This document shows positions 26,680-36,060 of a DNA stretch of 64,000 nucleotides, one piece after another (the stretch's first letter is position 1; every line of letters begins with the position of its first letter). Origin of the DNA: Isurus oxyrinchus (taxonomy: Eukaryota); assembly GCA_026770705.1 (NCBI GenBank), contig JANJGN010000151.1:1054001-1118000 (forward strand). The letters run 5' to 3'. Both the position numbers and the translations under genes were made by a program. The notes below the pieces were generated by a model. That model ran no database searches and was not told where the DNA came from. It saw only the letters and a list, made by a program, of their open reading frames with translations.

Positions 26680-26827
26680 CTGGAAATTAAACAGAGAGAG
26701 TTTAATGGACATTCAGAGCCGAACCACAGAACGGGGTTAAAACCCCCAGACAGTGTCGGTAATTGGGATGGACTTGGGCAGCTTTATATTAAATCCACAC
26801 AATATCTGTTTGTTTAACCGGTACTCA

Positions 26828-26870
26828 GGGGTAAACAGACACACAAGGTGAAAACAAGGAGGACTCCCTT
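26828..26870 (-). pseudogene. Inactivated leader exon of joined copy 1
   Basis: ATG->AAG at 26870-26868 and loss of the G of the GT donor (CCCC-TGAGT); the rest still reads GVLLVFTLCVCLP. Confidence 0.85.
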
Positions 26871-27943
26871 CGTTCTGCTGCCTGGAGCTGAGGGTTTATA
26901 TGACGGGAAGCTGGAGACTGCAGCCCTGAACTGCTCTGGGATACCGGACCTCAGAGCTGGACTGAAATACTTTAGGAGCTAGAGTTTCTTTGCAAAGGGC
27001 GGTGTCCCGCGGAGCATTGACGGGCCACACGATTCCCATCTCTCTGGGTGATTTCTCTGTGATTAAGTGACAGGTTTAAAGAGGGAACTTACAGTTTCAT
27101 GTTGTTTCATTGGGCCTGTAAGCCTGATGTGAAGCCCCCTCTCCCATTTCTCTGATGTACAATGGCCTGCATAATGGGGCAAGGGAGGTGGAGTTGTTTC
27201 GGTTAGTGAAGTCTACCTCCTTCATTCTCCCACAGTAATGTGCTGGCCGGTCTGTCCATGTGTGTTTGGCAAATGGTATTTTATGAGAATGGGGTGTGGG
27301 AAAATTCCTCCTTCTCCAATATTATTCTAACTGTCATAAAAAAAACAGAAAATGCTGGAAAGAGCTCGTCAAGTCTGGCAGCATCTGTGAAGAGTGAAAC
27401 AGAATTAACGTTTCGAGTTTGTATGACTCTTCTTCAGAGCTACCTGTGCCGGAAATTATGAAACATCTCCCTGAACTGGCTGGTGGGTCTTCAGTTGAAA
27501 GTCTGTTCCAAGGGAACGAGCTTTATACCCGCCTTAGTCCAGCAGCTGAGGACCAGATAACAATGTGAGACAGTCCAGTGACTTTTCCAATATTCAGGCG
27601 GAAGTACAGAAATACCACAAAGAATAAACTCTCCACTTCATTGAAACAAATGCTTGCTGCAGACCTTCCCCTGTGACTTGCAATTAAAATGATGTTTCCA
27701 GAAAGTAATGTTTGATTTCCAGGTCTTGATTATTCAGTTTCCAGTTTTAGTGTTAAAACTTGAAGCCACACTCAGAGGGACAGTTGAAATGGGGGCGGAC
27801 ACTGTGTTTGGGACTTGTTGAAAGTATCACACTCACTACTTTAGTGAAATCTGTTAGTTATGTTTAAACTGTCCTGGATCTAACAACACGTTCTATTTAA
27901 GTGAAACTTGTGAACCGGCCGCAGTCAAATGCTCCTGGAAACT

Positions 27944-30435
27944 CAGAACAAAAACACAATTACCTGGAAAAACTCAGCAGGTCTGGCAGCATCGGCGGAG
28001 AAGAAAAGAGTTGACGTTTCGAGTCCTCATGACCCTTCGACAGAACTTGATTTCGAGTCCAAGAAAGAGTTGAATTATAAGCTGGTTTAAGGTGTGTGGT
28101 CAGTGACAGTCCTGGAAACAATGGCTTGATGGCTGAGCGTCAACTCGCAGACACTTCCTCCTACCTCTCCCTGGACCATGACCCCACCACTGAACATCAA
28201 GCCATTGTTTCCAGGACTGTCACTGACCTCATCTCCTCTGGGGATCTCCCTCCCACAGCTTCCAACCTGATAGTCGCCCAACATCGGACGGCCCGCTTCT
28301 ATCTCCTACCCAAAATCCACAAACAGAACTGCCCCGGTAGACCGATCGTCTCAGCTTGCTCCTGCCCCACAGAACTCATTTCTCGTTATCTTGACTCCCT
28401 TCTCACTCCCCTTGTCCAGTCCCTTCCCACCTACATCCGTGATTCCTCTGACACCTTACGTCACATCAACAATTTCCAGTTCCCTGGCTCCAACCGCTTC
28501 CTCTTCACCATGGACGTCCAATCCCTCTACACCTCCATCCCCCCCCCCAGGATGGTCTGAGGGCCCTTAGCTTCTTCCTCGAACAGAGGCCCGAACAATC
28601 CCCATCCACTACTACTCTCCTCCGTCTGGCTGAACTTGTTGTCACGCTGAACAATTTCTCCTTCAACTCCTCTCACTTTCTCCAGATAAAAGGTGTGGCT
28701 ATGGGTACCCGCATGGGGCCCAGCTATGCCTGTCTCTTTATGGGGTATGTGGAACATTCCTTGTTGCAGTCCTACTCCGGCCCCCTTCCACAACTTTTTC
28801 TCCGGTACATCGATGATTACTTCGGTGCCGCTTCATGCTCTCGTCGGGACTTGGAAAAATTTATTAATTTTGCTTCCAATCTCCACCCCTCCATCATTTT
28901 CACGTGGTCCATCTCTGACACTTCCCTCCCCTTCCTTGACCTCTCTGTCTCAATCACTGGTGATAGACTGTCCACCAATATCCATTACAAACCCACCAAC
29001 TCCCACAGCTACCTTGACTACAGCTCCTCACACCCCGCTTCCTGTAAGGACTCCATCCCATTCTCCCAGTTCCTTCGCCTTCGTCGCATCTGTTCCGATG
29101 ATGCTACCTTCAAAAACGGTTCCTCTGACATGTCCTCCTTCTTCCTTAACCAAGGTTTTCCACCGATGGTCGTTGACAGGGCCCTCAACCGTGTCCGGCC
29201 CATCTCCCGCACATCCGCCCTCACGCCTTCTCCTCCCTCCCAGAAACATGATAGGGTCCCCCTTGTCCTCACTTATCACCCCACCAGCCTCCGCATTCAA
29301 AGGATCATCCTCCGCCATTTCCGCCAAGTCCAGCATGATGCCACCACCAAACACATCTTCCCTTCACCCCCCTTATCGGCATTCCGTAGGGATCGCTCCC
29401 TCCGAGACACCCTGGTCCACTCCTCCATCACCCCCTACTCCTCAACCCCCTCCTATGGCACCACCCCATGCCCACGCAAAAGATGTAACACCTGCCCCTT
29501 CACTTCCTCTCTCCTCACCGTCCAAGGGCCCAAACGCTCCTTTCAAGTGAAGCAGCATTTCACTTGCATTTCCCCCAACTTAGTCTACTGCATTCGTTGC
29601 TCCCAATGTGGTCTCCTCTACATTGGAGAGACCAAACGTAAACTGGGCGACCGCTTTGCAGAATACCTGCAGTCTGTCCGCAAGAATGACCCAAACCTCC
29701 CTGTCGCTTGCCATTTTAACACTCCACCCTGCTCTCTTGCCCACATGTCTGTCCTTGGCTTACTGCATTGTTCCAGTGAAGCCCAACGCAAACTGGAGGA
29801 ACAGCACCTCATCTTCCGACTAGGCACCTTACAGCCTTCCGGTCTGAATATTGAATTCAATAACTTTAGGTCGTGAGCTCCCTCCCCCATCCCCACCCCC
29901 TTTCTGTTTTCCCCCCTTTTCCCCCTTTTTTTTCCCTATAAATTTTATAGATTTTTCTTTTCCCACCTATTTCCATTATTTTTAAATATTTTAAAATCTT
30001 TTATGCTCCCCCCACCCCCAGTAGAGCTGTACCTTGAGTGCCCTATCATCCATTCTTAATTAGCACATTCGTTTAGATAATATCACCAACTTTAACTTTA
30101 ACACCTATGTGTTCTTTTGTACCATTGTCGCTGACATCTTTTGATGATCTGCTTCTATCACTGCTTGTTTGTCTACACAAGCACCTCTCTCTCTCTATCT
30201 CTCCGCCCCCCCCCCCCCCCCCCCCACCCCCACACACACACACACACAGCTTAAACCAGCTTATATTTCAACTCTTTCTTGGACTCGAAATCAAGTTCTG
30301 TCAAAGGGTCATGAGGACTCGAAACGTCAACTCTTTTCTTCTCCGCCGATGCTGCCAGACCTGCTGAGTTTTTCCAGGTAATTCTGTTTTTGTTTTGGAT
30401 TTCCAGCATCCGCAGTTTTCTTTGTTTTTATTTTT
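27944..30435 (+). mobile_element. Penelope-like retroelement (Neptune-type, RT + Cys linker + GIY-YIG), 5'-truncated with inverted terminal-repeat copy and 14-bp TSD
   Basis: RT motifs FTMDVQSLYTSIP, GVAMGTRMGPSYA, RYIDD; linker CPRKRCNTC; VYCIRCSQCGLLYIGET. Frameshift in the C-run near 28540. TSD TGCTCCTGGAAACT at 27930-27943 and 30436-30449. Confidence 0.95.
28009..28047 (-). ncRNA. Minimal type-I hammerhead ribozyme-like motif in the Penelope terminal repeat
   Basis: AGUU-CUGUCGA-A-GGGUC/GACUC stem-GAAACGUC-AACU. Copies at 9529-9567, 30294-30332, 38777-38815, 51811-51849; a variant with canonical CUGAAGA at about 27403-27441. Confidence 0.6.
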
Positions 30436-33394
30436 TGCTCCTGGAAACTGACGGGGACAAGGACATTGCGCTGCTCAGTAATCCAGGCAGGCATGCAAAG
30501 GGCAGAAAAGGGCCAAGAAACTCCTTCAGGAGCAGAGGACCTCACCCTATCTTGGTCGACTGTACATCACACAAAAATGGCCGATCGTACGTCATTCAAA
30601 AGTGGTCGATTGTTTAATCGACCTTTGAGTAGCTCCGGATTGGCTGCAGCTGATCCCCAATGTGCAATCAAAGACATAAACATCATCTGATCCGTCGAAA
30701 ACTAAAATAAAAGCCTGAAAAAGCCTTTTTGCTTCATCTACATGTTTTGCACATTAAATATTGTCCAATTTTCTTCTGATTTTGAATGCTACTGACGCGA
30801 AACGGCGCAGAACAGCGCATGACATAAACATGTTTTGCCTCAGAGCTACCACAAATACAACTTGTATTTTAAAGCACATTTAATACAATGAAAGGTCCCT
30901 TCAGCAGCTCGTGACAGTGATCTTCGTGAAGCATGAATCGTGAGAGGCGGATGTGGCCGATCACCCGAGTCACCGTCTGCAATGTGGGACCGTGGATACA
31001 TTTTAGCATCGTGGTTACCAACACTCAGATTGTAGCAGTCTCATTTTAAGAGACCACGATTCTTTAAAAGCAACCGGCAGGAGAAATATTATCTGAATGT
31101 TTTTCAATCAGCATTTGTTTGGGAAAAAAAAAACATAATTTCTTCCATCAATAGTTTTAATTTTTCTTCCATTCAATTTATCTTGATATATTTACATTTA
31201 GTTTCATTTTATTTCTCCATTTCCTTTGTGCAGTTTGCGCTTCTTGCATGGGAACCTAGCAATCGTGAGAACTTGCCCCAAAGTTTCTCAGTTGTCTGTT
31301 GGGTTCAGTCTGTTCAGTTTCCCTAGTGGTTTTACTGTTACTCACTGGGAACTGCGTCTTCCCCCTCTCTGACAATTTCAAATTTGTTCCGCCCATTTAC
31401 TGATTGAAGTTTTCTTGAAGTTTTACTTTACTCAGTATCTACCAGAGGAGGAACAATCCATTCTGCTCAACTGATTTATGACTGTGTATTTACTGCGGAC
31501 CAGCCCTCATCCGCCCGAAATCTAATTTCCAATAAGCTCCCTGAGTCAGTCTGCTCGGCTCTCCTTCCTGTACTTTCAAGTCTTCCCCTAAATGTATCAA
31601 TACTCTCTGCTCCAACCACTCCCTGTGGCAGCAGGTTCCACATTCTGACCTGCCTGTTTTTACACTTCTTCTTCTTAATGTCATTATTTGTTCTGTGAGT
31701 GACTGTCTTATTCTAATAGCTCTAGGCTCACCCACAAATAAGCAGCTATTCCACAAATACTCCAATGAACCCACTCGTTATTTAAACGATTTCCATGAAT
31801 TCTCCTCCTCTTTCCCTGTTCTGCAGGGACAAGAGGCCCGGCCTGTTCCATCTCTCCACAGAGATGTAGATTATTCTTTTCTTTTTCTTTTCTTTTCTCA
31901 GAAGTGTAACAGATCAATGCGGTTAATGTAACAAACAGAAGCAGGAGCGGCCATGTTACCTTTCAAACCTTTTCCCATTCAAAAATGTCCTGACTCATCT
32001 CCTAGCTCAACATCACTTTGCCGCAATGTCCCCATATCCCTGGATTCTTTAGCATCCCGAAATCCATTGAAGACTTCCTTTAATACACTGAAGTACTGAG
32101 CATCCACAGCTTTCTGAGGAAGAGAATGTCAGAGATTCACAACAATGGCTTCACCGAAGAAATTTCTCTTCTTCTCATTTCTCATGGTCGAGTCCTTATT
32201 CTGAAACTGTGACCCCTAGTTATAGGCTTCTCAGCCTGGGGAGATACCCACCGGGAATCTATCTTGCCCTGGATGTTAGATGTTCTAATGAAATTACATC
32301 TCATTCACATAATCCCCAGGGAACATAGGTCTAGACAACTCAATCTCTTCTTATACGACAATCCCTTTATCTTAGGGATCAGTCTAATGAACATTTGTTG
32401 CACTCCCTCCAAGGTACGTAGATCCTTCCTTAAGTAAGGAGACCAAAACTTAACCCAGCATTTCAGACTGGAGCCCATTTCAGTCCTTTCGTCCATAAAC
32501 CTCACCCACCTCCCTGGGCTCGGATTGTACTTTGAATGGGCCAGAGATCCTCCATTCCTTTTCTCCTTTTCGATGAATTATTTACTCCAGTTTCTAAATG
32601 AACATTCCCCCAATTTACAACTTACTATTGTTTCCTTGGTTTCCTGTTCTCCTTTATAAGATTAATGCATCATCCTCACTATCTCACTGCACTGTGTTGT
32701 TTCAATTCACGTAATCAGGGATAGAGATAAATTTCACCAATCCCATCTCTCAAACATCTACATTCAATATAGAGCAGTGTCTGCAGTTCCAAACTTTCAC
32801 ATTTCGGTCTGAGGGTGGAAAAGGAGGAGAGTGATTGGTTCTATGAAGATAATTGAAGGAAATGGCGGGGACAATGTCATTTATTTCAGTCACTGATTGT
32901 CCAAAAATAAAATTCCATCTGGACCCACATCAGGATCTCTTATAACTGTGTCACTTATAACATTGTGTCACTCTCCCGTTTTACTCTCGGGATTGGTATT
33001 GAACGAGCCGCTGCAGGTACCCGAACTGGCTGCAGTTGTGTTGAGTTTATTCACCCGGTACTTCATTCACATTGCACGACTCGGACTGCAATCTGCTGCC
33101 CAGGAGAGAGCTCTGTGACCCCGCTCCCGGGCTCTAAGGGACAGAAAGAGCTCCCTCGGTCACAATTAACACCGGGAGTGGAGTCCGGAGTGTCGACAAT
33201 CTGCGCTCATTAAAAGTGATTCAGAGAGTGAGTCTGTGATGTTGATATTGTCCCCGATGTGCCCGTTGAACAAATAATGGGCCAGAATCCACCAACTCCC
33301 ACATCCCACCCAAACTCTACTGATATCAATAATAAACTGACGGTGAAAATTACACGGGACAGGCTGTAACCCGGCGGGGTTTGGAGTCACTTAC

Positions 33395-33452
33395 CGGCTG
33401 TGACAGTCACCACTGTCCCGGATCCATCCACATAATCATCTTTATAACTCAC
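33395..33452 (-). CDS. NAR-TCR J segment (unrearranged)
   Basis: VSYKDDYVDGSGTVVTVTA followed by G|GTAAGT donor; preceded by a 23-RSS. Confidence 0.93.
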
Positions 33453-33491
33453 CACAGTGACACCGCTCTCAATCTCCCTGGTACAACAACC
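33453..33491 (+). other. 23-RSS of the J segment
   Basis: CACAGTG (33453-33459), 23 bp, ACAACAACC (33483-33491). Confidence 0.93.
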
Positions 33492-33807
33492 ACCGACACT
33501 TCAAACTGGCTGGAGATCATCATCAGACAGTAGGAACTGCCCAACTATTCAACGGATTCAAATAAATAAACAGTATTCAATGGTTCAAAGTCTCTGTTGA
33601 GTCAAACTGTTTTTTGTGAGTCCCTGAGCTCTGAGTAAATGGTCTCGGGAACGAGATGTTCATTTCATATAAACCGAGAAAAATATCAAAGAAAGATAAC
33701 TGAATGGTGGAAATTACAATAAAATGTAACCAGATTTCAGCGATAATAACATCAACACGACAATTCACTATCCGGACCCGGCGAATTTATATTTAAATTT
33801 TTGCAGA

Positions 33808-33883
33808 AGTATTTGTTAAGGTCTCTCCCACTGTGATTTCCCCAGTCACCACCCACACAGTATTACAAGTCAGCATGAAATCC
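33808..33883 (-). other. NAR-TCR D segment (33836-33855, TGGGTGGTGACTGGGGAAAT) flanked by two 12-RSS
   Basis: 3' side CACAGTG-12-ACAAATACT (33835-33808); 5' side CACAGTA-12-ATGAAATCC (33856-33883). Compatible with V-22 and 23-J under the 12/23 rule. Confidence 0.88.
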
Positions 33884-34210
33884 CCCGGGTAATTGCTGAG
33901 ATTTCGGGACATCAGTTAAACAGCGGGGACTGCGGTTACCGGTTCCAGCTGTTAGACCAGGATCACATCTGGTGTTAGGGGTTTGTAACTGGGATCAGTC
34001 ATTCCCAATCCCCATTCACTGACACCAATCCTGGGAAAGACATCACCATCTGCGCACACTCGGCATTTATAAAACTCAAGATGTTAACGGCAATAATCCA
34101 ATCTAATTATAAACTAGACTGTGGGGCAGACGGTGTGAGGCGGAACTGTGGGGGTTTAACTGCAAATTAACTCCGCTTTTTCGTTTGTTTCTGTAATAAT
34201 CTGCAGTGAG

Positions 34211-34248
34211 AGTTTTTGTATCGCGCGAAGGCGAAGCCCATCACTGTG
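34211..34248 (-). other. 22-bp-spacer RSS of the rearranging NAR-TCR V
   Basis: CACAGTG (34248-34242), 22 bp, ACAAAAACT (34219-34211). Confidence 0.93.
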
Positions 34249-34537
34249 TATGTGTAGTATCTGTACTGAGCTTTACAGTAATAGGTGGCGGTGTCTTCAA
34301 CTCTCAGATCTCGAATTTCCAGCGAAAATGTGTTTTCTGCATGATTCACCGACACAATAAACCTCCCCCCGCTGGAGATCCGCTTCCACTCTGTCCCGGT
34401 CTGGGTTTCTTTGAAGAAATGTCCCGTTCGGAAATAATGCCACGAAGCACCGGAGAAAACACAGGTGATGGTGAGAGACTGACACTCCTTCCTGGTCACC
34501 GCTGCCGGGGTCTGTGTCACTGACTGACTGAAAGAGC
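34249..34537 (-). CDS. Rearranging NAR-TCR V exon (IgNAR-like V, no CDR2, extra FR1 Cys)
   Basis: Acceptor aacttccag|GC. SQSVTQTPAAVTRKECQSLTITC...GHFFKETQTGTEWKRISSGGRFIVSVN...EDTATYYCKAQYRYYT, then RSS. Short FR2-FR3 spacing as in VNAR. Confidence 0.93.
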
Positions 34538-34686
34538 CTGGAAGTTAAAGAGAGAGAGAGTTTAATGGGCATTCAGAACCGAACCACAGAACGGGATTAA
34601 ATCCTGGACAGTGTCTGTAATTGGGATGGACTCGGGCAGCCTGATATTCAATCCACACAATGTCTGTTTGTTTGACCGGTACTCAC

Positions 34687-34729
34687 AGGGGAAACAGACA
34701 CACAGGGTGAAAACAAAGAGGATTCCCAT
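34687..34729 (-). CDS. Intact leader exon of the rearranging NAR-TCR V
   Basis: MGILFVFTLCVCFP+T, donor GTGAGT; splices in frame to 34537. Confidence 0.9.
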
Positions 34730-34847
34730 CGTTCTGCTGCCTGTAGCTGAGGGTTTATATGACGGGGAGCTGGAGACTGTAGCCCTGGACTGCACTGGGA
34801 GACCGGGCCTCAGAGCTGGACTGAAATACTTTCGCGGGTCCGAGTTG

Positions 34848-34998
34848 ATTTGCATAGGGCAGTGTAGTTGAGATTGTAGATGGGCCGCACGGGTCCCGGG
34901 CCGCTGGCTAAGTGTTGTGTGAATTAGAGACAGGTTTACAAAAGGAGGCTGCAATTTTCTGCTTCTTCATTTGCATTGTGATTCAGATGTGAAAGCCC
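34848..34998 (-). promoter_or_regulatory. NAR-TCR V promoter with two perfect octamers (ATGCAAAT) and a conserved GGGG(A/C)(C/T)TTCACATC box
   Basis: ATTTGCAT on the + strand at 34848-34855 and 34969-34976. The gatgtgaa..cccc box near 34987 is also present upstream of all three joined copies. Confidence 0.7.
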
Positions 34999-35599
34999 CT
35001 CCCACAATACTCTGGTCTACAGGGGTGGGGGAGGGGAGCTTTCTTTCTGCCAGTTGTGCTGCCGCCTTCCTTTCCCCACAGTAATGAACTGGGAGGTCGG
35101 TGCATGTGTTTGTATTGGGTGGTGTTTGTTAAAGATGGAATGTGGGCCCAGGACACCAGGAGAACCCCCCGCCCCGATCTTACTCCAATATTCCGGAGAT
35201 TGTTTCACATCGCCCTGACCGGACTGGCGGGACCTCAGTTAGACTTCTGATCTGAAGGTCGGCGCCTCAGGCCCGGCATCTTCCCTGGCCCAGCAACTGG
35301 GGGCCAGGTTACAATACGAGGAGTCTAGTGACATTACCAATATCCTGGCAGATGTACACAACATACACAAAGACGAAGTAGCAGCTCGTTATCTTACTTG
35401 GCTAGGTGGCTAGTGTCTGCTGCGGAATAATGCCAATATTACGGGATCTGGAAGCATAGGAACATTCGAACATGAGAAGGCCATTCAGCCCGTCGAACCT
35501 GCTCCACCATTCAATACAATCATGGCTGATCGAACACTTCAAAGCCTTTTTAAGCAGTAGTAATTCAGAAATGGCCGGGTGTGATGCAAGCAGACATGA

Positions 35600-36060
35600 G
35601 TGATGCCGCAATAAATGAGATTGGGCCTCATGCACCGTAAATAGAGACAAAGGCTATTGTAATAAAAAGAGTGACATTATCTTGTGTAATACTGAGACAG
35701 GATGTTGCCTAACACTAATGGAGATGACCTCCTGCAGTAGTAACTGCGATATTACCTTGGATCACATTGACAAAGATGCAATCTATTGCAAATAACTGAA
35801 AAAAGGAACGAATGCAATATAAAGTGAGATGTGGTCTAGTGTCATTCGATTGGGGCAGTGTCAAGTGTAATATAAACATTAGCATTAAAATGTTGTAGTC
35901 AGTAATAACAAAAATAGGGCCTCATCTAACATAAGTGGAGGCAGATCTAATGCAATAATAGCTAACACATCATCTAATGTAACAGTGCAGTGCAGTAATA
36001 AACGAGGCGACCTCTGGTTTAATATAAACAGAGGAATTGTGCAATGCACTAATAAATGAG
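35600..36060. repeat. Degenerate 27-bp minisatellite family (reverse orientation)
   Basis: Recurrent gtaataa/ctgagacagg motifs. Confidence 0.55.

Noticed and set aside
28693-29550. Long Pro/Ser-rich overlapping ORFs (also 39543-40367)
   Set aside because: Alternative frames of the C-rich Penelope ORF; no independent evidence of coding.
33609-33635. Possible relic second D (nonamer-like gttttttgt)
   Set aside because: No CAC heptamer at 12 or 23 bp and no partner RSS.
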